64,000 nucleotides of DNA, taken from Mobula hypostoma (Eukaryota). Position numbers and translations under genes: made by a program. Below are positions 28,262-39,772 of this stretch, piece after piece; the first letter of the stretch is position 1; each line of letters begins with the position of its first letter. The stretch lies in the NCBI RefSeq assembly GCF_963921235.1, contig NC_086101.1:9178001-9242000 (forward strand), written 5' to 3'. The notes under the pieces were generated by a model. The model saw only the letters and a list, made by a program, of their open reading frames with translations, did no database searches and was not told the origin of the DNA.

Positions 28262-29015
28262 ATGGAAAGGAAAGTGGGCGTAGGCCAGAAGAGGATAGTG
28301 GGAGGAGGGAAAGGAGTCCAAGCCGGCAAGTTTTGGATTGGTGAGACCAGGTGAGAAGGAAGTTGGGTGGGTGGAGGAACGGACAGGAAGGAAGAAGCTG
28401 GAACGGGATAGGTGGAAGTGTGAAAGGGCGGAAGAAGAAGGAATCTGATGGGAGAGTGGAGTGGACCTTGGCTGAAGGGAAGGAGATGTGCGATGAGGTG
28501 AAGAGAACGTTTGAGAGGGTAACCAGAACGGTGAATGAAAAAAGGGAAGAGAGGCGGAAAAAGAAATGAATGATCATGCCATCAGTTTGGAGGCTACCCA
28601 GATGGAATATGAGGTTTTGCTCTTCTGACCAAAGCGTGGCCTCATCGTGGAAGTAGCTGAAACCATCAACGACATGACAGAATAGGAATGAGAGATGGAA
28701 TTGAAGTACGTGACCTCTGGGAGATCCTGCCTTTCGTGGCTGGCGAAGCGTAAGTACTCGACAAAGCGGTACATCAATCCACGCCGGGTCTCGCTGATGC
28801 AGAGGAGATTCCACCAGGACCACCGGATACAGTGGGTGACCCCGACAGGTGTCACTCACAGGTGAAGTGTAACTGCTTGTTCCTGAATGGCGGTGAGGGA
28901 AGAGGTGCAGGGGCTGGTGTCGCAACTGTCCCGCTTGCAGGGTTAAGTGCCAGGAGGGAAATCAGTGGTGGGGGACGAGTGCACAAGGGAGTTACGTAGA
29001 GAGCGATCCCTACGT
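28262..29015 (-). mobile_element. Old Penelope-like fragment (GIY-YIG end + terminus)
   Basis: LLCISETRRGL..RFVEYLR and HDEATLWSEEQNLIFHLGSLQTDGM. Confidence 0.75.
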
Positions 29016-29407
29016 AAAGTGCAGTAAAAGATCTCTACAGAATTCTGAAGTTCACCATTTGTGTAAACAGTTAATGTATTTGGGAGCGTAACCATTCGGG
29101 CAATCGCTTTACGGCGTCTCGATCACAAAGTGATAGACGGTTTCACGGTGAAGGGCCCCACCTGCTGCTGAATACCGGTACTGCAGGAGGAGCAGAAATG
29201 CTGCTACTCGACTGGAACAGAACCAAGAATTTATTTTGTTATGGAATGTGGGCATCGTCAGCAGGACCAACATTTACTGTGTGGTGAACGAGTTCCCAAA
29301 TTATTGCTCGACAGCAAGATTTTCACTCTGAGACAATGAGGGAACGGCCGATATGTTAATCTGCCAGAACCCTTTTCCTGGGGAAGGGAACCTGAAACAG
29401 AGGGAAT

Positions 29408-30760
29408 GAATTGAAATGAACTGAATTGAATTGACTTTATTTCTTGCATCCTTCACATACATGAGGAGTAAAAATCTTTGTTACGTCTCCGTCTAAATGT
29501 GTAACGTGCAATTTACAGTCATTTGTAATAAATAGTTGTAGTAAATAGTATGCACAACTGGACTGTCAACACAGCATAGAAATGCAAATGTATCAGCGTG
29601 AATTAATCAGTCTGACGGCCTGGTGGAAGAAGCTGTCCCGGAGCCTGTCGGTCCTGGCTTTAATACTGTGGTGCCGTTTCCCAGATGATAGCAGCTGGAA
29701 CAGTTTGTGGTTGGGGTGATTCGGGTCCCCAATGATACCTCGGGCCCTTTGTAAGCGCCTGTCACTGTAAATGTCCTGAATAGTGGGAGGTTCACATCTG
29801 CAGATGCACTGGGCTGTCCGCACCACTCTCTGCAGAGTCCTGCGATTGAGGGAAGTACAGTTCCCATACCAGGCAGTGATGCATCCAGTCAGGATGCTCT
29901 CAATTGTGCCCCTGTAGAAAGTCAATAGGATGTGGGGACTCATGCCAAATTTCTTCACCCGTCTGAGGTGAAACAGGTGCTGTTGTACAGACCACGTGAG
30001 ATCCTCGGTGATGAGTATGTCGAGGAATTTAAAGCTGTTCCTCTGCACTCCAGGTCCATTCATGTCAGTCGAGGTCAGCTGTCTCCATTCCTCCTGTAGT
30101 CCACAACCAGCTCATTTGTTTGCGCGCCATTGAGGGAGGGGTTATTCTCTTGACACCACTGTGTCAGGATGATGACTTCCTCTCTGTAGGGTGCCTGGTT
30201 ATTATTTGCGATAAGTCCAATCAATGTGGAATCGTCAGCAAATTTAATTAGCAGTTTGGAGCTGTGAATGGCAACACAGTCTTGGGTATACAGAGAGCAA
30301 AAGAGGGCGATTAGAACACAGCCCTGAGGGGGCCCTGTGTTGAGCGTCGGAGGGGCAGAGGTAAAGGAACCCACTCTTACCATCTGCCGGTAATCTGACA
30401 GGAAGACCAAGATCCAGGTGTACAAGGCAGAGCGAAGGCCGAGGTCTCTGAGCTTCTTGTTGAGCCTGGAGGGAATTATGGTGTTGAATGCTGAACTGTA
30501 GTCCAAGAACAGCATTCTCACAAAAGCGTCCTTCTTCTCCAGATGTGAAAGGACGGTGTGTGGAGCTGTGGCTATTGTGTCATCTGTTGATGGGTTGTGT
30601 CAATAGGCGAATTGTACGGGATCCGGTGTGGGTGACAGCAAGCTGCAGATGTGGTCCTTGACCAGTCTCTAAAAGCATCTGCTTATTATTGAGGTAAATG
30701 AGACAGGGCGCCAGTCGTTCAGACTTGTTACCTTGGTCTTTTTAGGAACAGGAACAATAC
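29408..30760 (-). mobile_element. Rex1/Babar-like LINE (RT to 3' end)
   Basis: FLDYSSAFNTI, PQGCVL, KFADD and FYRGTIESILTGCITAWYG; (TTCAA)n tail. Confidence 0.88.
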
Positions 30761-31299
30761 ATATCCGATATTAGATATATTTACCGACCGGGGAGCAGCG
30801 GCGGTGAGAGGAGCACAATCCAAGATTCTGTTGTAAAGGGGCCGGACGGAGAGCAAACTGACGGGTCGGTGGGAATTTTCACTCTGATTGGGTGGAGAGA
30901 AGTTGAGATAGTAAACTGCACTAATAGTAGTGTTCATTATCCAATCAGTTCGGCGGTTCAGAGAATATAAATCCCGATGAACTCTATGTAAGATGATTAT
31001 TCGGGAATTGATTTAAATGGATGACACCAGACGGACTGCAGCCGCTGAAATCGCTCATTTCGACCTATTCAAGGACAGTCATTGGGCTGTAAATGTTGGT
31101 CCTTCTGTCGATGTCCACATTCCGTAAACAATAAATTCTGGCCCCTTTCTTTATACTTTGACAATAAATTTACCCAACAATTATGCCTCCTCAACCGGGG
31201 TGAATAACTTCACTCACTTCAACTCCGAATTGATTCCACAAGCGACAGACCAGCTTTCAAAGACTCTACAATTTATTTATTTCCCTTCTGTTGACTCTC

Positions 31300-31950
31300 T
31301 GACTGGACGCCTGTGACTAGTGATGTGCCGCAGGGATCGGTGCTGGGTCCATTGTTGTTCAACTTCAACATCAATGATCTGGATGAGAGTGTGGTAGACC
31401 GAGTAATCAGATTTGCGGACTGCACCAAGATTGGGGCGTAGTGGGGAGGTATATCAGAGCCTTCCAGCGGGACCTGACAGATGGAATTTAATGCAAACAA
31501 CTGAGGTGGTGCCCATTTTGGAGGACAAACCAAGGTATGACTTTCACGGTGAATGTCAGTGCACTAAGGAGTGTTGTAGAACAGAGGGGTCTGGGAACAC
31601 AGATCCGGAATTCCCTGAAAGTGGCGTCATACATAGAAAAGTTGTAAAGAGATTTTTTGGCATATTACCCTTTCAGAAATCAAAGTATGTACTCAGTACA
31701 GGAGTTGGATGTTATGTTGAAGGTGTATAAAACATTGGGGATGCCTAATTTAGATTATTGTGTGCAGTTCTGGTCACCTGCCTACAGGAAAGATATCAGT
31801 AAAATAGAAAGAGTACAGTGAAAATTCACAAGGATATTGCCGGGACTTGAAATCCTGAATGGTAGGGAAAGGTTGACATGTCTGGGCAGAATGACAGTTT
31901 GGCATGGACTAGATGGGCCAAAGGGCCTGTATGCGTGCTGTAGTGCTGTG
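31300..31950 (+). mobile_element. Degraded CR1 RT/3' fragment
   Basis: PVTSDVPQGSVLGPLLF and RFADCTK. Confidence 0.75.
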
Positions 31951-32122
31951 TGCGCTTATACCTATTAGCAGCAATGTTCTCCTATTGTGCCTTGATTGTT
32001 TGCTTTTGATTACGTATATTTTCCCCTATATTCTATTGAATTCCTTTATTTTGCTGTAAACGCTGACCATAAATTGACTTTGAACTTTGGTCAAGCTGAG
32101 AGTCGCAGCATTTTCCCTTTCC

Positions 32123-32153
32123 TGCAGTACCGGTTTACAACAGCAGGTGGTGA
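32123..32153 (+). promoter_or_regulatory. CTCF-like site with upstream motif
   Basis: TGCAGT-N11-ACAGCAGGTGGTGA. Homologues at 29155-29185 (minus) and 5540-5570 (plus, decayed). Confidence 0.45.
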
Positions 32154-32404
32154 CACTGCGCCGCGAAACCACACAGCTGCTGCTCGTCATCCCCACCCTC
32201 AGATTGAAGGCGGCCCTGCCAGGATCTGATCTTTCGAATATCAGCTGGATTGGCGGAGTCCTGAATTCTGGACACTTAAACGATATTCTACCGTTTTACA
32301 AAGCAGCAGGACATCAGATGAGACGGAAAAGTGGATGTTGGAAAATTCAACAAATTCCCCAGCTTCCACACCCATCTTCACTTTAAACACAAGCAAGTCA
32401 TCAG

Positions 32405-33014
32405 TCCCGCTTCGTCGAGCGCCTCCGCTCCGCCCTCCACAACAGACAGGATCTCCCGGTTGCCATCCACTTCAACTCTGCTTCACATTCCCATTCGGAT
32501 ATGTCCATACATGGCCTCCTCTACTGCCATGATGAGGCCAAACTCAGGTTGGAGGAGCAACACCTCATATACCGTCTGGGTAGTCTCCAGCCCCTTGGCA
32601 TGAACCTTGAATTCTCCAACTTCCGGTAACCCACTCCCCCTCGCTTCTCCCATCCCAGTTTCACTCTGCTCCCTCCCCCAGCTGCCTATCACCTCTCTCA
32701 TGATTGATTCCGCCTCCTTCAACGACCCATTGTGCTTTCCCCTATTTCTTCTTCACCTTTCCTGTCTATCCCCTTCCCCACCCCTTGATCTTTCCCCTTA
32801 CTGGTTTTTCACCTGGCACTTACCAGCCTTCTCCTTCCCACCCTCCCCCCACCTTCTTTATAGGGCCTCTTCCCCCTCCCTCTTCAGTCCTGACGAAGGG
32901 TCTCGGCCCGAAACGTTGACTGTTCGTTTCCACGGATGCTGCCCGACCTGCTGAGTTCCTCCAGCGTGTTGTGCGTGTTGCTTTGACCCCAGCATCTGCA
33001 CAGTATTTTGTGTT
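32405..33014 (+). mobile_element. Penelope-like insertion with hammerhead terminus
   Basis: GIY-YIG C-terminal homology (HDEAKLRLEEQHLIYRLGSLQPLGMN) and an ATCAG TSD. The empty site is visible in the paralogue at about 5809. Confidence 0.88.
32885..32922 (+). ncRNA. Minimal type I hammerhead ribozyme motif (intact core) in a Penelope-like terminus
   Basis: CAGTC-CTGACGA-AGGGTCTCGGCCC-GAAAC-GTT-GACTG. Stem I CAGTC/GACTG, CUGANGA and GAAA boxes, stem II hairpin, palindromic ACGU mini-stem III, GUU cleavage triplet. Confidence 0.75.
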
Positions 33015-33169
33015 ATCAGATCTCATCAATCGTCCATAGCTCCACACACAAATAATTGATCCTGAAATGAACCTTTTTATTTCCCTAGTTAAACTTCTGT
33101 TCTCAAAATAATTCTAAAACCCTCTGTGACTCAGCTTTACAGCCAGCTCTGGGAGACTTCTGGAGAAGG

Positions 33170-33200
33170 TGCATTTCCCTGTTCGGCCAGCAGGTGGCGG
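33170..33200 (+). promoter_or_regulatory. CTCF site with upstream (ZF9-11) motif
   Basis: TGCATT-N11-CCAGCAGGTGGCGG. The paralogous site at 5964-5994 reads TGTATT-N11-CCAGCAGGTGGGAG. Confidence 0.6.
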
Positions 33201-33710
33201 ATTTGCTCCAGTTATTCGCTCTCACACTCTGCTTTCTCCCAGTCGGGACGGATTCTGCCAACAGATGTCAAGTGCACACTCGCTGCTCCCCACTGTCCAG
33301 CAGGAGTTGTGTGGAATTACTCTGGTCCACACCCCCTCTCCTTACCAGGGAGGGGGGCATTACAGACTGAGGGAATCACAAGGTATTTGCGGATACGATT
33401 AGGTCTTTTAAGAGACTTTTCGATAGGTACATGGAGCTTAGAAAAATAGAGGGTAAGCCTAGTAATTTCTAGGATAGGGACATGTTTGGCATAACTTTGT
33501 GGGCCGAAGGGCCTGTATTGTGCTGCAGGTTTTCTATGTTTCTATATGTACAGAAGTCTGGGAACACGGTGCTTCAGCAGCTGTCGCGGAAACAGTCACC
33601 AACTGACACTGACATGATAGACAGTCGGAGTCTCTTTATCCTCAGCGTGGGAATGTCAAATACTACAGGGAGTAACTATAAGGTGAGAGGAGAAGGTTCA
33701 AAGGAGATTG

Positions 33711-34313
33711 TCTGAGGCCTATATCGGTCGTGGTCGACCATGGCTACCGAGCCTCTGGTAGTCACTGGGGAGTGGCCTCTTCAGGGTTCAAGCCAGGGCA
33801 GAGTTGATATGGAGATCCGACTTTTGCCCATGCAGTGGGACACCCCCTCTCTGTGCTGATGACAGGTCCACAGGAACGACGAAAGTCGATACAGTTTGGT
33901 GCCAGCAGCATCGCAGGAGTTGCCGTGTCGGTGCTGGGTACAGCAGTCAGCCGCCTTCGGGACTCGACTCCGGATTTCCCTCGGGTTTACTCCCAAAGCC
34001 TTTCCCGTGAGCGGGTATAGCCGCAAGGCAGCGGAGGTTTGAAATCGGAGTTTTCCCTCTCCTAGATGAGCTACCATCCGTGGTTAACGAGCCCCATCTG
34101 CTCGGAGCAACTGGTTTTAAGGCGCCAGTGGCCCGCCCTTGCCCCTTGTCCTGTCAGTGAGAACCGCTCCGCCGGGCATAAGAACTATGCCACACGTGAA
34201 GGCCAGGAGTTGGACCTGGTTGTCAGAGGCTGTTTGAGTCGCACGGCATGAAGAGAATTTGTTTAGCAGTGGGAGTTCGTCCCCACTACCACCCTTCGGC
34301 TATGACTACCTTT
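33711..34313 (-). mobile_element. Non-autonomous RTE-derived element
   Basis: 8-bp TSD GGAGATTG, empty site at about 6334, and the RTE 5'UTR-like motif ctaggagagggaaaactccgatttcaaacc. Confidence 0.7.
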
Positions 34314-37305
34314 GGAGATTGATGAGGTAAGTTTTTTTTACACGGGGAATGGTCGCTGCCTGGAACGTGCTGTCAGGGGAGGTGGTGGAAACAGATACAA
34401 AAACATCATTTCAGTGACATTCAGACAGACACATGAACAGACAGAGAATGGAGGGTTGTGGACCGTGTACAGGCAGATGGGATGAGATTGAATTGGCACA
34501 ATGTTCAGCACAGACTTGTGGGCCGAATGGCCTGTTCCTGTGCTGTATTGTCCAATGTTCTATGTTCAGCAGTTGTGGACGCAGCAGTCAATAACAACAA
34601 CTGGTATTTAGGTACAGTCGCTGTGTAAATGCAGTAAAGTGTCCCGGGCGCTTACACAGACGTGTTTCTCACTGGATACAAAAACAATGAATACAACAAA
34701 CTCTGCATACTGTTACATGCATTGGAGACAGTGGAGTGAATACAGTAAACACGGGGTACAGAGGATGCTCTACACAGAGTGCATTGGTTACCGCTCCCCT
34801 GTGTAATCCAACAGACTGAAGAACAAAAAATTAATAGACACAAAGAGCGATTTGTGATTCAAGAACGTAACAAACAGGAGCGGGAGTGGCCATTCGGCCC
34901 CTTGCTCCTGCTCTGCCCTTCACTCAGAACATGGCTGATCATTGACCTCAGTGCCAATTTCCTGCAGCATCCCATCATCACTGTTCCCCTTAAATCTAGA
35001 AATATTTTGTAGAGAATTCCAAATATTCACCGCACACTGGGTGAGGAATTTTTCTTCATCTCAGTCCTGCTGAGGCGACCTCTGATTGTGAGTCTGTGAC
35101 CCCTGGTTCCACACCCCATCCAGGGGAAACATCATTCCTGCCTCTACCCTGTCAATACCCAGTGAGACTGTGTCTGTGCCAGTGAGACCACCTCTTATTC
35201 TTCTAATTATGAGACAGTCTCAGTCAGTCTAATCTCCCTGAGGACACGACGTGAAGGGTAAAGCTTTAAAGTAAGATTGTCAAAGTTGAACCGGGATGTT
35301 CAAGGAATGTTTTTGGACACAATGAGTGGTATCTTCCTGCAATGTGCAGCCGGGATGGGGAGTGGTGGAAGCAGATACGATCATGATGTTAAACAGACAT
35401 TTAAACAGGGAAATGAACAGACAGGGAATGGAGGATATGGATCATTTGCAGGCAAACGTGATGACATCATGGTCAGCATAGACAGTGTGGGCAGAATGGC
35501 CTGTTCCTGTACTGTACTGTTCTGAGTTCAGTGTTTGAAATATCACAGCCAGGGACCCAGCAATTTCTTCCCTGGATTCCCACCATGACAGAGGATACAC
35601 TGGGTCAGACCCTGGGATTTATTCAGTTTTATGTGTTTAAGCTGGCCAGCCTCCTTTGTAATGTCGGTATGTTTCAGGACATTCGTATTCCCCTCCCTGA
35701 ATTCCCCAGCTTCCATCACCTTCTCCACAGTAAATACAGATGAGAAGTATTTATTTCAGACCTCACCCATCTGCTGTGTCTCCACACATAGATGACCACA
35801 CTGATCCTTCAAGGGACATATTCCTTCACCAGATTGTTTTCCACTGACACATAGAATCTTTTTGGAATCACCTTTATCTGACCTGCTAAAGCTATCTCAT
35901 GTCCCCTTTCGCTCTCCTGATTTTCTCTCTTCAGTGTTCTCCACACCCCTTCTACTCCTCAAGGACCCCGGCTGGTTTCACCTGAATTACGACTCCATCC
36001 GAAACAGATCCTCACTAACCCTCGTCAGCCAGGGTTCCCTCATCCCTCCAGTCTCGCCATTCACTCTGACAAGGACAGGCTGATCCTGAACCTTTACAAA
36101 CTCAGTTTTAAAGCCACCCACTTGCCAGGTGTGCAAAGTGATGCATTTCAGGAAGTTAAAATGAGGACAGAATGAAAACAGTGAATGTCAGGGCCCTGGG
36201 GAGTGCTGTAGAATAGAAATACCCAGGGGAACAAGCACATAGTTCCTGAGAGTAGAGACACAGGTAGACAGTGTAGTGAAGAAGGTGTATGGTACGCAGG
36301 CCTTCTTCGATCGGGGCATTAAGTACATGAGATGGTTTGTCGTGTTACAGCTGTACAAGACATTGGTGAGACCACACTCAGAGTACTGGGTGCAGTTCTG
36401 GTCACCGAGCTGTAGAAAGGATGACATTCAGCTGGAATGTGTGCAGACAAGATTCACAGGAATGTTACCGGGCTTAAGGGCTTCAGGAGAATCTGGATCG
36501 ACCTGGACTGTTTTCGCTGAAGCAAAGGAGACTGAGGGTTGACATTATTGTGCTTTATGAAATCCTGCAGGGCAGTGATGGGGTCGATGGTCACAGTCTT
36601 TCCCCAGGGGAGGGGAGTCTAAAACTAGAGGATACCGATTTAAGCTCAGAGGGTAAAGATCAGCAGGAGACCTGAGTGGCAAATTTTCCACACAGTCGGT
36701 GGTCGGTAAATGGGATGAGCTGCCAGAGGAAATAGTAAAGGCCGATAGAACTGAAACATTTTAAGACATTTGGACAAGTTCTTGATTAAAAACATTCAGA
36801 GGAATGTTGGCCAAATGCTGTCAACTGGGATTGTTAGGGACATGTTATGCTGAAGGGCCGGTGTGTGTGCTGTCTACCTCCATCAGTCTAATTAGGAAGA
36901 GTGGGACCTCACATCAGAGCAGGGCTGTACTGGGGTGAAGTCAGGAAGTTTTCCTGCATCCGTGTTTCAGTAATCCCAATGTATCCAGCACTTCACAATC
37001 TTCTGTTGCATCAAGATTGCACATTTCAGTGTCAAAAATATTTGCCCAACAATTCAATTAATTTATATTTAATCACCCTTTCACCCTCCTGCTTTACACC
37101 TCTATTTATTCCCCAGACCCTTCTATCCTCCCTCTGGTCAGTCTGTACAAAGCTCTGAAGAACATCAGAAATCGAAGCGAGGAGGCCATTCAGCCCCTCA
37201 CACTTGCTCTCCTATTAGACATGATCAATACCATTTCCCTGTGCTCATGCTGTTTCTACTGATTCACTTTGTATCCAGAACTCTATCCACGTCTCTCTTC
37301 AACAT

Positions 37306-37898
37306 CATCATCAATCATGTCTTCGCTTCACGAACAAAGATTTAGGAAGGGGGTTGCCTACGTCTGCTCGACGTGGCCGTGTCCTTCGGCCTGCGCAATG
37401 GTATTTTAGGTGGAGTGCAGTGTGCGTGGTACCGACCCCATCCTTTACACCCGGGGTTCCTCTGCCATAGCCTAGAAAGCTGGGACGGTGACAGCGAGGT
37501 CCTCGGGTCATAGGATTTACGTCGGAGTGTCCTTCTCCTAGGTGGATGGCCTGACAAGGCTAACGAGCCCCACATGTCCGGAATGGATTCAGAGTTGTCC
37601 TTCTCTTAGGCTGGCTGCCAAGCAAGGCTAACGAGCCCAGCCTACCCATCCAGTTATACCGCCGGACACTCGGTCGTGCCATGATGTAGCTAGCTCAGTG
37701 GAAACAGGGGGCACCAATGAGAAGGTGTTGCTACGGACGCAGTAATGTAGGTGAGGCCATTTGCAGTGGCCTACTGCCCAGCAGGCCAGACAGTGACCAC
37801 GCGGCGATAACTACACCGGGAAAGGAGAGGTGATGTATTGAGCGTACACTTTCCCTGGATGAGCGGGGCGTCAGGCCCAGACCTCACCCACCTCACAA
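37306..37898 (-). mobile_element. Non-autonomous RTE-derived element, second family
   Basis: 12-bp TSD TCTCTTCAACAT, (GAT)n tail, and a tandemly duplicated ggctcgttagcc...agaaggacaactct motif. Confidence 0.7.
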
Positions 37899-37959
37899 TC
37901 TCTTCAACATAATTGATGTGTAAATGTGCAGAGCCCTATTAGATTATCAGCTGGGTAAA

Positions 37960-38153
37960 TAGCCAGTTCATTGGCTATGTTTAAGAGGGAGTTAGATATG
38001 GCCCTTGTGGCTACAGGGGTCAGGGGGTATGGAGGGAAGGCTGGGGCGGGGTTCTGAGTTGGATGATCAGCCATGATCATAATAAATGGCAGTGCAGGCT
38101 CGAAGGGCCGAATGGCCTACTCCTGCACCTATTTTCTATGTTTCTATGTTTCT
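37960..38153 (+). mobile_element. Young CR1 3' tail (same family as 6630 and 46430)
   Basis: Near-identical 3' UTR and (TTTCTATG)n tail. Confidence 0.85.
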
Positions 38154-39772
38154 ATATTTATTCACCTCTGAATGGTCGTCCCCTCACTGTGCCTCCTCAT
38201 CCTGACACCCCCGTTATCAGAAACATCATCCCTGCATCTACCTGGGGAGCCTGTAGCAAGTGTCAGACTCTCTCTCTGTCTCCACCACACACAAATACAC
38301 ACAGGGGGCTTCACCATTTACATTTCCCCATTGCGTCAATGACCAACACAGTCTGCCCGAGGATTGTGCTGGGAACAGCCTGCATGTGTTACCACACTTC
38401 CGGCTCCAAAATATCATGTTCATGTCTCTCTACCCTTCACCGTACCTCTCCGGGTAGTTCCAACCTGAGCATCGATTTCTCTAATGGTCCACTCCCCTCT
38501 CCGAGCACATTCCTTCTTCTTCATCCCCCTGCCGGAGGAAATTACACTGCACTCCCATTTTTTCTTGAATCAGATGCTGGAAGAACTAAAACAAAACAGA
38601 AAATACCTGAAACCCGCAACAGAGCAGATAGTGTTTGAATCAATACCAGGAGAGGTCACCGACGTGGAACGTGAAGCCTGTTCCTCTCTCCACAGATCCT
38701 GACCAACCTGCTGTGTTTTTCCTGCATTTCCTGAGTGTGAACTGGGTTCGTTTTGGATGCTGTTGAGGGGGGTGACCCTGACAGAGGATGACCACAGTGA
38801 TCGGGTCTCTGGCACTGAGCCTGGTTCTGTGGTGCAGAAGGAAGAAAAGAAGATGAGGAATGCGGTAGTCATAGGGGATTCCATAGTGAGTGGAACAGAC
38901 AGGAGGTTCTGTCAGCCTGATAGAGATACCCGCCCGGTGTGTTGCCTCCCAGGTGCCAGCGTACGGGATGTCTCGGATAGGGTGCAGAGTATTCTGAAGG
39001 GAGCGGGTGACCAGCCAGAAGTCTTGGTACACTTTGGTACTGATGACACTGGTAGGAAAAGGGAGGAGGTCCTGAAGAGAGAGTTCAGGGAGTTGGTTAG
39101 GGAGCTGAAAAGAAGGACCTCCAGGGTAGTGATCTCAGGATTGCCACCTGTGCCAAGTGCTAACGAGCACAAGAATAGCATGAACAGGCATATTAATGTG
39201 TGGCTGAGAGACTGGTGTAGCGGGCAGGACTTCGAGTTCCTGAATGATTACATCTGAAAATCCTGCCTGACTAACCTGCTGCAAATTTTTGAGGAAATTA
39301 CAAGCAGGGTAGACAAATGTGATGTAGTAGATGTGGTGTACTTGGATTTTCAGAAGGTCTTTGACAAGGTGCCGCACATGAGGCTGCTGAGCAAGATAAG
39401 AGCCCATGGAATTACAGGGAAGTGACTAGCATGGGTGGAGCATTGGCAGATTGGTAGAAAACAGAGAGTGGGAATACAGGGATCCTATTCTGGATGGCTG
39501 CCGGTTACCAGTGGAGTTCCACAGGGGTCGATGTTGGGACCACTGCTTTTTACGATGTATGTCAATAATTTGGACTATGGGGTAATGGATTTGTGGCTAA
39601 ATTTGGCAATGATACAAAGATAGGTGTGGAGCAGGTAGTGTTGAGGAAACAGAGAACCTGCAGAGAGACTTAGATAGTTTAGGGAAATGGACAAAAAAGT
39701 GGCAAATGAAATACGATGTTGGAAAGTGTATGGTTATGCACTTTGGTGGAAGAAATAAACGGGCAGCCTATT

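Larger units (their letters stand above)
32100..35770 (+). repeat. Segmental duplication, copy 2
   Basis: Shared blocks with copy 1 include gatgttggaaaattcaacaaattcc, ctccagttattcgctctcacactctgctttc and acacggggtacagaggatgctctacacagagtgc. Confidence 0.9.
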
